Assembly: GCA_017615595.1 (NCBI GenBank)
Contig: JAFZZT010000002.1
Location: 9,199 to 73,198, forward strand
DNA from: Bacteroidales bacterium
GTDB lineage: Bacteria; Bacteroidota; Bacteroidia; Bacteroidales; WCHB1-69
DNA: 64,000 nt
Direction: 5' to 3'
The translations under genes were made by a program, and so were the position numbers. Below the pieces are notes generated by a model. That model was not told where the DNA came from and searched no databases. It saw only the letters and a program-made list of their open reading frames with translations. Positions within the stretch are counted from its first letter, which is position 1. Each line of letters opens with the position of its first letter. Positions 26,859-35,916 of the stretch are shown here, one piece after another.

Positions 26859-28451
26859 ATGAAAAACAACATCTTTTCCAACCTATCTCTTGTCTTCCTC
26901 GGCATCATGCTCGCCATGTCCCTGACTGGATGCTTCCAGAAGGAAAAACCGGCCGGAACTGGCACCGACACACAACTTGTCGTGGTGGAAACCCAACAAG
27001 CCGAGCTGACATCGCATGACAAATATCACTACTCTTTCGACATCCTGGTGGATGTGCCCGTATGCGGTCCCCAAAGACTGATGGACTCGCTCAAGGTATT
27101 CCTGAACAAGTACATCTACGATGCCTTTGACGCCATCACAAAAGAATATGACAACTCCACATCGTATCTGTCTGAAGAAAAAGTGTTCCATGAAGACCTG
27201 ACAAATATCCTGTCCTATTATGAATCCCAATACAAACCCTGTGAAAAGAAAATAGACAGCTACCTGTCTGTCAAGCTGTTCCTGCTCGCCCAAACGGCGT
27301 CTTTTATCACCTACGGGCTGGAATACTACCATTGCGGTGCAAGTTGCGCATCCGAATTCGCCTGCTTCACCTTCGACAAGAAGGACGGACACTTGGTCAA
27401 GGATATCATCAGCATTAAAAAATTGTGCAACTTTGTCAAGAAACACCCGGATTACAAGCCACCTTATCTTGACATGTGGAACGTGGACAACAACACAATC
27501 TTGGAAAATGCTGTAGGTCTTTTGGATGACAGAATTGTCATCGTGGACTATGGAAGCAAACATTATTCAACTGTACAGATAGATTATGATGAAATTGAAT
27601 CATCTCTCTCCAAAGAAGCCCAAAAACTCATCGCCTCTTCCGACAAGGACAACCCGTCTTATTATGTAGAAAACTGGCATCTGGGACGCAGAATCGGCAC
27701 TATGACCGACAAAAATGGCAAAAAAATCTTTTTATCAGAACGTTTCCTCTCTAATTTTGACGGTGATTGCGGATATGACCTATATAAAGAAACTCAATCA
27801 GAAGCATCCAGCCATGTCTTGACGGCCTTTTCATCGGCAAACGGGACCATCCAAGAGGAAAATGTTTTTCCAAAAGGGAATGGTGAGTATGTCTCAAAGA
27901 TAGAACCCAATTGGGACGAACTCATCTCTTCATTTCCAGACGATCACAGCTTTGCCTTCAATCCCGACGGCAACACCTTGTACATACCCCTGGCCGAGAA
28001 CTTCCACATGGGATATCATCCAGCGTGCGATAGATATGATGTGTATCAAATCAAAGGGGAACACTTTTCCTACAAAGGCGAGGATGGCGGTTTCTGGCTG
28101 CACCCCAGCATACGGAATTTTGGAAGACTTTGTCTTATTGGAAAAACCGACATGTACCTCGTTCGGGTTGATGAAATGAGGCTCTATGACACCCGTTACG
28201 ACGATCAAGCTGCCGCCGAACGCCGTGACACCCACCGCTACCGCTATGTTGCTTGGGAATACCCTAAAACCATGATGGACGAGCCGGACCTGGTCATCAA
28301 TGGAGGATACATGGAGGAAGGCAGCTACCTCTTCGAAAACAATGGATACACCTATATGGTTTATCCCGAGATGGGAAGGTTATATGTTCATCATGGTGAC
28401 AAGCAAATTTTGGAAGAGCCATTGTATGATATTAAATCTTTTTCAGAATAA
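26859..28451 (+). CDS. Hypothetical lipoprotein
   Basis: MKNNIFSNLSLVFLGIMLAMSLTGCFQKEK signal/lipobox. Length is 530 aa; I recognised no family. Confidence 0.6.
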   Translation: MKNNIFSNLSLVFLGIMLAMSLTGCFQKEKPAGTGTDTQLVVVETQQAELTSHDKYHYSFDILVDVPVCGPQRLMDSLKVFLNKYIYDAFDAITKEYDNSTSYLSEEKVFHEDLTNILSYYESQYKPCEKKIDSYLSVKLFLLAQTASFITYGLEYYHCGASCASEFACFTFDKKDGHLVKDIISIKKLCNFVKKHPDYKPPYLDMWNVDNNTILENAVGLLDDRIVIVDYGSKHYSTVQIDYDEIESSLSKEAQKLIASSDKDNPSYYVENWHLGRRIGTMTDKNGKKIFLSERFLSNFDGDCGYDLYKETQSEASSHVLTAFSSANGTIQEENVFPKGNGEYVSKIEPNWDELISSFPDDHSFAFNPDGNTLYIPLAENFHMGYHPACDRYDVYQIKGEHFSYKGEDGGFWLHPSIRNFGRLCLIGKTDMYLVRVDEMRLYDTRYDDQAAAERRDTHRYRYVAWEYPKTMMDEPDLVINGGYMEEGSYLFENNGYTYMVYPEMGRLYVHHGDKQILEEPLYDIKSFSE

Positions 28452-28464
28452 TCAATTGTAACCC

Positions 28465-29088
28465 ATGAGCAGTAAAGACAAACTCCGCAAACGAATGCTT
28501 TGGATTTTCGTCATAGCGATGTGTGCGGTCCTCGCCGTGGTGTTATGGTGCCAGCTGGCAGTGGTCTTCGCGGCAAAAGGGCGTATGTATTCCGACACAG
28601 ACAAGATACCACATCGGGAAGTTGGGCTATTGTTGGGCACCAATCCCACAGGACGCACGGGGCGCCCGAACCAGTTCTTTCTGCGCCGTATAGACGCAAC
28701 GGTAGATCTGTACAAGAGCGGCAAAATCGACCGGCTCATCCTCAGCGGTGCCAAACGCGGCCCAGACATCGACGAGCCAGAAGCGATGAGAAACGAACTG
28801 ATCAGCAGAGGGGTCCCCGACAGCATCCTCACCCTGGACGGGCGGGGATACCGCACCATCAACTCCATATTAAACGCCAAGAAGGTGTACGGGGTGGACT
28901 CCTGCACCATCATCTCCCAACGGTTCCATAACCAGCGCACGCTGTACCTGACAAGCCACTTGGGAGTGGATGCCATCGCCTACAACGCAGCCCACACCTC
29001 CAGCCGCAGGTGGAAACTCCTGATGATGGGTCGAGAATGTTTCGCCCGGGTGAAAGCGGTGTTTGAAATGAAAAAACATAAAAAATGA
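28465..29088 (+). CDS. sanA: SanA/YdcF (DUF218) family protein
   Basis: N-terminal TM, then YKSGKIDRLILSGAKRGPDIDEPEAMRNELISRGVP...TIISQRFHNQRTLY, the SanA-type pattern. Confidence 0.8.
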   Translation: MSSKDKLRKRMLWIFVIAMCAVLAVVLWCQLAVVFAAKGRMYSDTDKIPHREVGLLLGTNPTGRTGRPNQFFLRRIDATVDLYKSGKIDRLILSGAKRGPDIDEPEAMRNELISRGVPDSILTLDGRGYRTINSILNAKKVYGVDSCTIISQRFHNQRTLYLTSHLGVDAIAYNAAHTSSRRWKLLMMGRECFARVKAVFEMKKHKK

Positions 29089-29561
29089 CAACCGTGTATT
29101 TTTTGGTAGGCCTTCCTGGTGCAGGGAAATCCACTTGGTGCAAGACGGAACATCCCGATTTGCCTATTGTTTCAAGGGACATCTTGAGAAGTACAGGAAT
29201 CGGGTATGAATTCCAGGAATATTGTCTTGGACTCACATCCGACTCGGAGGAAAAAGCAATTTTTCCTCTTGAAACGGAAATTCTGGTAACAGAAAAGGAA
29301 TATGAACTGATTCGTCACATAGCATCTCACGACCAAGATTTCATTATTGATGACACAAACTTAAAAAAGATATACCGAGAGCCATTATTAGAAGTCTTGC
29401 GTGAATTGAAAGTCCACATTGTGGGTGTTCAATTCACCACCCCCTTGGAAGATTGCATTTTACGTCGCCAAGACCAAATTGATGCAGAATCAATGAGAAG
29501 AACGTATGAAACCATGGACGTTCTTGAAGAACAAGAGGTTGACGAGATTATTACAATATGA
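29085..29561 (+). CDS. P-loop kinase-like ATP-binding protein (AAA_33 / polynucleotide-kinase-like)
   Basis: MTTVYFLVGLPGAGKSTWCK Walker A at the N-terminus and a Walker-B-like FIIDDTN. ATGA overlap with the sanA stop. Noticeably lower GC than upstream genes. Confidence 0.6.
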   Translation: MTTVYFLVGLPGAGKSTWCKTEHPDLPIVSRDILRSTGIGYEFQEYCLGLTSDSEEKAIFPLETEILVTEKEYELIRHIASHDQDFIIDDTNLKKIYREPLLEVLRELKVHIVGVQFTTPLEDCILRRQDQIDAESMRRTYETMDVLEEQEVDEIITI

Positions 29562-29596
29562 CAACAATTTCGGATAGTCCCTATATTATCTTTTGG

Positions 29597-30814
29597 TTAC
29601 GGTTTGACAATTTTCACCCCTTCAGGAACACCTGTGCCTTCAAGCAGTGAAGGGTCACTGATGACGATGGATGTCAATCCCGAACAGCCCTCAAAAGCGT
29701 CTTCACCAATCTCAGTCACGGAATCGGGGATGACAATGGAGGTTAATGCATCACAATTATAAAAAGCATTATCTCCAATCTCAGTCACGGAATCGGGGAT
29801 GACAATGGAGGTCAATCCTGAGCAGCATGCAAAAGCACTTTCATCAATTTTGGTCACGGAATCGGGAATAACGGTGGTGGAACAGCCTGCGATAAGGGTG
29901 TTTGTATCAGATTCGATGATAGCGTTGCACCCCTCTCGGGAGTCATAGTGTCGGTTCTCTTTGTCAACAATAATGGAGGTCAATTTCGTACAACACCAAA
30001 AAACCGATTTTCCAATTTTGGTGACGGAATGAGGAATGATGATGGAGGTCAATGCCTCACAATTATGAAATGCGAAATCTCCAATCTCCATCACGGAATC
30101 GGAAATGATGATGGAGTTCAATCCCGAGCAGTTCCCAAAAGCATAGTCACCAATCTCCGTCACAGAATTGGGAATGACGATGGAGGTCAATCCCGTACAA
30201 ACATGAAAAGCGAAGTTGCCAATCTCAGTCACGGAATCGGGAATGACAATGGTGGTCAATTCCGAACAGCCCTCAAAAGCGTGGCCTCCAATCTCAGTCA
30301 CGGAATCTGGAATGACGATGGAGGTCAATCCCGAACTACCACTAAAAGCCGAGTCTCCAATCTTGGTCACGGCAATATGGATAATGGTGGTGGAGCAACC
30401 TGCGACAAGGGTGTTTGTATCAGATTCGATGATAGCGTTGCATCCCTCGCGGGAGTCATAGTGTCGGTTCTCTTTGTCAACGATAATGGAGGTCAATCCT
30501 GAGCAGCCACAAAAAGCACCGCTTACAATCTTGGTCACGGAATCAGGAATGACGATGGAGGTCAATCCTGAGCAGTCCCCAAAAGCATAGTATCCAATTT
30601 CAGTGACGGAATCAGGAATGACGATGGAGGTCAATCCCGTACAGCCATAAAAAGCGTAGTCTCCAATTGCGATTATGGGATAAATCTTTCCTTCAAAGCA
30701 ATATTCGGAAGGAATGGCCAATTCACCTTGAAAATCTTTGCCGCCAGTGACGACAAGGCCGTTTCTGTTATCGTTTACCGTGTATTCTAATTCCATATGT
30801 AAATAGTAAGGCAT
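29597..30814 (-). CDS. BspA-type leucine-rich-repeat (LRR_5) protein
   Basis: About 14 repeats of LTSIVIPDSVTEIG..AF..C.. (23 aa). The start was moved to the ATG at 30814 because the -7 box lies at 30860-30867. No obvious signal peptide. Confidence 0.8.
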   Translation of the reverse strand: MPYYLHMELEYTVNDNRNGLVVTGGKDFQGELAIPSEYCFEGKIYPIIAIGDYAFYGCTGLTSIVIPDSVTEIGYYAFGDCSGLTSIVIPDSVTKIVSGAFCGCSGLTSIIVDKENRHYDSREGCNAIIESDTNTLVAGCSTTIIHIAVTKIGDSAFSGSSGLTSIVIPDSVTEIGGHAFEGCSELTTIVIPDSVTEIGNFAFHVCTGLTSIVIPNSVTEIGDYAFGNCSGLNSIIISDSVMEIGDFAFHNCEALTSIIIPHSVTKIGKSVFWCCTKLTSIIVDKENRHYDSREGCNAIIESDTNTLIAGCSTTVIPDSVTKIDESAFACCSGLTSIVIPDSVTEIGDNAFYNCDALTSIVIPDSVTEIGEDAFEGCSGLTSIVISDPSLLEGTGVPEGVKIVKP

Positions 30815-30859
30815 AATTACACCAAATTGTAATCCAAAAGTAGACCACTTTGGAGACTG

Positions 30860-30867
30860 CAAAAATA
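30860..30867 (-). promoter_or_regulatory. Bacteroidetes -7 box (TATTTTTG on minus strand) for the LRR gene
   Basis: CAAAAATA on the + strand, 46 nt upstream of the ATG at 30814. Confidence 0.5.
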
Positions 30868-31032
30868 CAAAAAGTGTTTTTTCTGCGACTATGATACAAA
30901 ATTTTTCAACTACCTGTTTGTCAAATCATTATTTTGTTTTTGATAATTTCGGACAGACCCTATCTTAACAAGTTAACAAAGTTGCATAAATGAGTTGAAT
31001 TTAGGAACATAAATGTCAAACAATCTTGAAAA

Positions 31033-31487
31033 GTCTTCATCCTTGTTTTTGTGGAATTTTTGAGCAAGACGAACGACATGTCTGGTTTCAAAATAATTCT
31101 TTAACTTTTCTCTTGGTAGAAAAGTTACAAAAGATCAAGCCGACATGAATGCCGCGTGCGCGGGACGGAACTCGCGGCGCGGGGTTCCCCCCGCCACGAC
31201 GCTCGTGGAGTCTTTGCAGTGTAAAAACAAACAAACAACTAACCGTCTTAATCCTTGTTTTTGTGGAATTTTTGTGCAATCCGAACGCCGCCGTGTATGC
31301 ACGGATGGCTGAGGCGCAGCCAAAAATCAGCGCAGCTAAGATGCTCGTGGAGATCGGAGTACCAACCTGGCAAGTGGTCCGCGAGGGTTGGTCTTAATCC
31401 TTGTTTTTGTGGAAGATGCTCGTGGAGTATCGAGGCTTTAAACAATTGGTTTTCAGATAAATAGTCTTAATCCTTGTTTTTGTGGAA
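31033..31487. CRISPR. Interrupted/degenerate CRISPR-like array (37-nt repeat GTCTTAATCCTTGTTTTTGTGGAA|GATGCTCGTGGAG); no cas genes in window
   Basis: The 24-nt part A occurs at 31033 (1 mismatch), 31245, 31391 and 31464. The 13-nt part B occurs at 31198 (1 mismatch), 31340 and 31415. A+B is contiguous only at 31391-31427. The B-to-next-A distances are 34, 38 and 36 nt of unrelated sequence, which is spacer-like. The reverse complement ends ...GGATTAAGAC, resembling the ATTGAAAC-type handle. Confidence 0.45.
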
Positions 31488-31600
31488 CGCACTGAGTTTT
31501 TCAAGCATTTATTAACCTTTCAACAACTTGTCAAAGAACCTAATTCATAGAGTCCCATCCCTGTTGCCCACTCGCTCAAGAATGGAGCAAACTTCTTAGT

Positions 31601-32275
31601 ACATGACAAATTTTCAAGTGTCTTCAAGTATTTGGTTAGCAACAGTTAAGAAGTCGAAAATCGGGATGTTGTATTCATTCCTTCCCCTGGTGAGAAACTC
31701 GGTAACGATGTCCAGACCGTAGCGGAAGGTACTTTTGGACTTCCTGCCGTGTTTGAGGATGCGGATGGGGTTGAACTTATGGTGCACAAGTTCGATCCTC
31801 TCCCTCGTGTTGGAGGTGCTTTCTTGGGCAGCATGCTGAACAGCAGCGGGTAGGCCACACCGTCGTACACCACGGCGAGCATGAAGATGTTGATGTCGGT
31901 GCTGCCGAACCGCCAGTTGGTCCTGTCGATGGCCCGGCAGAGCGGGCCTTTCACCGGCAGCAGGCGGAATATGACGCGGGCGACAAGGTCCCTGTCGAGG
32001 TCGAATTCGGCGAAAAACCGCTGGATTCTCAGCAAACAGGACGCAAACTTCACGGACGAGTCAAAAACGGTCGACAGGAGGCTGAAGCACACCGTTTTAG
32101 CCTTGCACAGGGCCGCGATAAACAGCGATATGAGCTTGATGTGTGCCAGATTGATGTTTTTTCTCAAAAAAAGCTCAACGTGTCGGATAATTCATTATTT
32201 TTGCGGTCGTGATTGATTTTCATAGCAGCAGGATTGTGGTGGTTGTTTTTCTAAATTGCTGAAAATCAATCACTT
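31601..32275 (-). mobile_element. Deletion derivative of an IS4-family-like insertion sequence (left copy)
   Basis: It contains the degraded transposase ORF 31646-32167 and shares three sequence blocks in the same order and orientation with 39482-39745: acatgaca..ttttcaagtgtct.caagtattt.gtt.gcaa.agtta.g; gaggatgcggat.gg.ttgaactta..gtgcac.agttcg; gctcaacgtgtcgga. The outer boundary near 32275 is tentative. Confidence 0.6.
31646..32167 (-). pseudogene. IS4-like DDE transposase pseudogene (frameshift plus internal deletion)
   Basis: The N-terminal part ...DRTNWRFGSTDINIFMLAVVYDGVAYPLLFSMLPKK is transposase-like. After a frameshift, another frame reads STSNTRERIELVHHKFNPIRILKHGRKSKSTFRYGLD, joining N-terminal and extreme C-terminal segments. 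The catalytic DDE core is missing. Confidence 0.6.
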
Positions 32276-32395
32276 TATCAAGAACAAAACAAAAAAGCTA
32301 CCAACGAAATTTGTTGATAACTATATAAATATAAACAAGTTAGACTAAAATTTCATTTTTTTTGTCATATGCTAAAAAACAAACTCTAAAACCTC

Positions 32396-34705
32396 ATGAG
32401 ATTAGCTAGAATTTGCCGTGATTTTCATGTTGGAATGGAAACAATTGTTGATTTTCTTAGAAAACACAATGTCCAAGTTGAGACTAGTCCGAATGCAATA
32501 ATAGATGATAGTCATTATGCTCTTATTCAAAGCGCATTTGGTAGTAATGTAAGTAAGAATATGGACGATTCTAAAAAGGCAACTAAAAAATCGCGATTGA
32601 CAAATAATGAATTGAACCCATTGAGTTGGGTTAATGTAAACGCAGACGTTTCGTCTATAGCTACAGAGCCACAAAGGGGGAGGGAGATTTCTTATAGCTC
32701 ACTATTAGATCAAGATGGGAATCCCGTTTTCCTCTTAGAGAAAGATATGATAGGAAGCGGTGGAGAAGCTCAGGTTTTTAAATATAGGAAGAATTATGCT
32801 GCTAAGATATTTAGAAAATTCGACGAGGAACGAGAAGCAAAGCTCAAAATACTACTTGAAAAGCAACTAGATAAAGCTTTCTGTTTGCCAAAAAGACTGC
32901 TATACGATAAAGAGGGGCACATTGTTGGATACCTAATGCCATTTATTAAAGGGAACACTCTTGGTGAATCTATTTTTCAGCCGATGGAGTTCAAACATCT
33001 GTTCCCACGATGGACTAGAGTGGAACTTACCCAATTGGCTTTGATATGTTTAAAAGCTATTGACAATCTTCATCAAAACGGTATTCTTATAGGCGATTTA
33101 AATGCCTCAAACATTATCGTTAAAAGTCCTACTGATGTTTCTTTCATTGATGTAGACAGCTATCAAATAGACAAATATATGTGCAAAGTTGGTACTCGGT
33201 CTGCTTTTACCTCTCCACGTTTACAAGGAATGGACTTTCAAAAAGTACCAAGATTGTTTGAAGACGATTATTTTGCCACTACGACTTTGTTGTTTATGAT
33301 ATTTCTTCTTGGCAAACCTCCATATCGGAACGAAGGTAATAATCTTAGTGAGAATATCAGACTTAAGAATTTCACTTTCCCTTTTGAAGAAGATGACCAG
33401 GCATTTGTCGAGGCTCCTGCAGGAATGTGGGAAAACATCTGGAACGCTCTTCCCTATGAACTGCGTAGAACCTTTTATCAAGCATTTAAATTTGGAAGCG
33501 TGATATCTCCCTCTGAATGGATTACTCTTCTAGAACGATATTTGCAGGATCTTGTGAATAACAATTACTCAAGAGAAATTTTTCCCAAAGGTAAGCAGTT
33601 GATTAAGCGTTCTGTAAATATGAACAGAAAAGACATCACTGACAATGAGCCTGCGTTACGTAACGCTTTAACGATAATAGATTCGAAAGGAAATGGTAAA
33701 ATTGGCGTTCTTGAATTGTCCACTAAAGCAGTTAAACTACTTGTTGGGATAGATGAAGAAGCTATTCGAAATGCACGTACTTTTGATTTTGATAATTTTT
33801 GGAGAAAAACCGAAAAAACAAATACGGGAAGAGGTCTTGATAAAAAGAACAAGATGGATATGTCGTTTTTCTCTATAAATGTTATGCCTTCCATTATTCG
33901 TAGATTGTCCGAAGCCGAAGAACTTGGAGTTTGCAGATTGTATACTGTAGCAACTGCTGCGTATCGAAATGCGGATAACAGAACTGAAATCATTGAATAC
34001 ATTAGGGAAAAGACGGGAATTAATGTAAAAATTCTAAAGAAAAGCGAAGAAGCTGCTGCAACTATTATGGCTTTCCAGTTCAGCACAAAATATAAAGAGA
34101 GTCTTCAACATTCATCCTCCGTCCTTATGATTGACCAAGGAGGCGGAAGTACAGAAATGTCTTTATACAAAGACATGCATTTGGTCGGAAGTTATAGTAT
34201 TAATTTAGGCACTGAAATTTTACGTAATTATTTATTTCAGCATAATGCAGGTAATATAAATCTCCATCAAGCATTAACAGACACAGACAGACTTATTGTT
34301 GAACGACTTAAGACTTTTTACAAAAGCGATGTTGGCATCTGGCTTCAAGAGCATCAAGAGGGGACTTATTGTGTTGCTGTCGGTACAGCAATAACAAAAG
34401 CAACTGGGAAATCTTCCAATGCGAAACAACATGATAGCGTTATGACAGTACAAAAAATCGATTCTATAATTGACACGATACACAGCCAGCTCATTGATAA
34501 ATACCCAGATGTCGAGAGTCTTTTCAACGATGTAGACAGCCAAAGAAAAGGACACAAAGATTATGTGGATGCCAAACTTACGATGAGATTAGGCCTAAAA
34601 ATGTTTCAACTTATAATGATGCATTATAACATCCCCTCTGTTACGGTAAGCGGGACAGGACTTTGGTATGGGATTTACTTTCAAGAGTTATTGGGGTTAT
34701 CTTAA
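32396..34705 (+). CDS. Ser/Thr-kinase-like domain fused to a Ppx/GppA-type (ASKHA) phosphatase domain, with small N-terminal IF2_N-like module
   Basis: Kinase motifs: G-loop IGSGGEAQVF, AAKIF Lys, catalytic loop ILIGDLNASNIIV, and FIDVDSYQ in place of DFG. ASKHA motifs: GVLELSTKAVKLLVG and VLMIDQGGGSTEMSLY (the DxGGGSxE phosphate-2 motif). The gene is AT-rich. Confidence 0.7.
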   Translation: MRLARICRDFHVGMETIVDFLRKHNVQVETSPNAIIDDSHYALIQSAFGSNVSKNMDDSKKATKKSRLTNNELNPLSWVNVNADVSSIATEPQRGREISYSSLLDQDGNPVFLLEKDMIGSGGEAQVFKYRKNYAAKIFRKFDEEREAKLKILLEKQLDKAFCLPKRLLYDKEGHIVGYLMPFIKGNTLGESIFQPMEFKHLFPRWTRVELTQLALICLKAIDNLHQNGILIGDLNASNIIVKSPTDVSFIDVDSYQIDKYMCKVGTRSAFTSPRLQGMDFQKVPRLFEDDYFATTTLLFMIFLLGKPPYRNEGNNLSENIRLKNFTFPFEEDDQAFVEAPAGMWENIWNALPYELRRTFYQAFKFGSVISPSEWITLLERYLQDLVNNNYSREIFPKGKQLIKRSVNMNRKDITDNEPALRNALTIIDSKGNGKIGVLELSTKAVKLLVGIDEEAIRNARTFDFDNFWRKTEKTNTGRGLDKKNKMDMSFFSINVMPSIIRRLSEAEELGVCRLYTVATAAYRNADNRTEIIEYIREKTGINVKILKKSEEAAATIMAFQFSTKYKESLQHSSSVLMIDQGGGSTEMSLYKDMHLVGSYSINLGTEILRNYLFQHNAGNINLHQALTDTDRLIVERLKTFYKSDVGIWLQEHQEGTYCVAVGTAITKATGKSSNAKQHDSVMTVQKIDSIIDTIHSQLIDKYPDVESLFNDVDSQRKGHKDYVDAKLTMRLGLKMFQLIMMHYNIPSVTVSGTGLWYGIYFQELLGLS

Positions 34706-34743
34706 AGAATAGAATAAACAATAAAATAAAAAAACCAATAATT

Positions 34744-35916
34744 ATGTCACTCAAAAAATTACCTTCAATGATTGCTTCTGAGAGGTTTTCTCAGATAATT
34801 TCGATTACAAGTTCTGATTTGTCCCTATTTGATAAGCTCACTAAAGAACCTGATCGTGATAATCTAAATGCAACAAGTAGTATAAGGAGCACCTTATTTG
34901 GACTAGTATTAGATGTTTTGAAGAATTCTGATGATTATCAGAAAGGAGCAAAACCTCGAGATTTACTGATGTATGTAATAGATAATGCCCCATTCCAATT
35001 AGGAGAGACTCTTTATAATGATATACAAACAGTGTGGAATACTTTGAATACCATCAAAAGGAGCCATCAAGATGTGTCTCCAGAGGATTATATTCATATA
35101 ATAAAGATTGTATCTGAATTCATTGCCGTTTTGTCGGGCCTTCCAATACCTTCTGAGTTAAACGACTATATTTCAGGAGCAAAACCCATAGAAACCGCGA
35201 AAGAGAAAGAAGAGAAAATAGATATAGATACTGATGTTACAGAGGATGATCTGGAGGGTAATCCTACAACTAGAGTTCCTGTCGTTTTGTGCTTAGACGT
35301 AAGTGCCTCCATGGGGATAAAAGACAAAAATGATGTTTCTAAAATGGATTTACTTAATACAGCTGTGCAAGAGTTTTTCCGTTCTGTAACCGAAGACAAG
35401 ATAGCAAAGTGGGCCGCTGAAATATGTATCGTGACATTTGGTAGCAAAGCAATAAAACTAGTTGATTTCAATTATGCAAACAAGCAAAAGGAAGCGTTTA
35501 ATGCTTTAAAGCTAGTTGCTAAGGGCAATACCGCCATGGGTGAAGCGGTCAAATTATCGCTATCCATACTTGATCAGAGAAAATTAAAATACAGAAAGTA
35601 CGACATTGATTATTGGCAGCCATGGTTGGTATTAATGACGGATGGACAGGCCACCGATGACATTGACGAGGCAGCCGCCGAATGCAGAAAACATGTGGAG
35701 GAGGGGAAACTTGTTGTGTTCCCAATTGCATTGGGAAAAGGTGCTAATCTTGAAGACTTGAGAGCTTTTTCCCCTAAGCGAGACCCTCTTCAACTAAACC
35801 AATACAAACTTTCTGAGTTTTTCAGTTGGCTTAGCCAGAGTGTTAGGACAACATCCCAGTCGACTCCTGGTGCTGAAGTTAAACTTCCAGATATTTCAAC
35901 ATGGGCAGTATTATAA
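34744..35916 (+). CDS. vWA domain protein, TerY/YegL-like, with about 190-aa N-terminal helical extension
   Basis: MIDAS VPVVLCLDVSASMG, GNTAMGEAV, WLVLMTDGQATDD, and the C-terminal EFFSWLSQSVRTTSQSTPG tail typical of TerY/YegL-type vWA proteins. Confidence 0.75.
   Translation: MSLKKLPSMIASERFSQIISITSSDLSLFDKLTKEPDRDNLNATSSIRSTLFGLVLDVLKNSDDYQKGAKPRDLLMYVIDNAPFQLGETLYNDIQTVWNTLNTIKRSHQDVSPEDYIHIIKIVSEFIAVLSGLPIPSELNDYISGAKPIETAKEKEEKIDIDTDVTEDDLEGNPTTRVPVVLCLDVSASMGIKDKNDVSKMDLLNTAVQEFFRSVTEDKIAKWAAEICIVTFGSKAIKLVDFNYANKQKEAFNALKLVAKGNTAMGEAVKLSLSILDQRKLKYRKYDIDYWQPWLVLMTDGQATDDIDEAAAECRKHVEEGKLVVFPIALGKGANLEDLRAFSPKRDPLQLNQYKLSEFFSWLSQSVRTTSQSTPGAEVKLPDISTWAVL

Noticed and set aside
29640-30700. 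Regular ~69-nt DNA periodicity (ggaatgacgatggaggtcaatcc...) that could be mistaken for a CRISPR or tandem repeat
   Set aside because: It is the coding periodicity of 23-aa BspA-type leucine-rich repeats in an intact minus-strand ORF.
31088-31464. Small ORFs 31088-31279, 31135-31323, 31149-31397, 31248-31445 and 31255-31464
   Set aside because: They overlap each other and the CRISPR-like repeats and spacers in several frames, have no start context or motifs, and are most likely non-coding.
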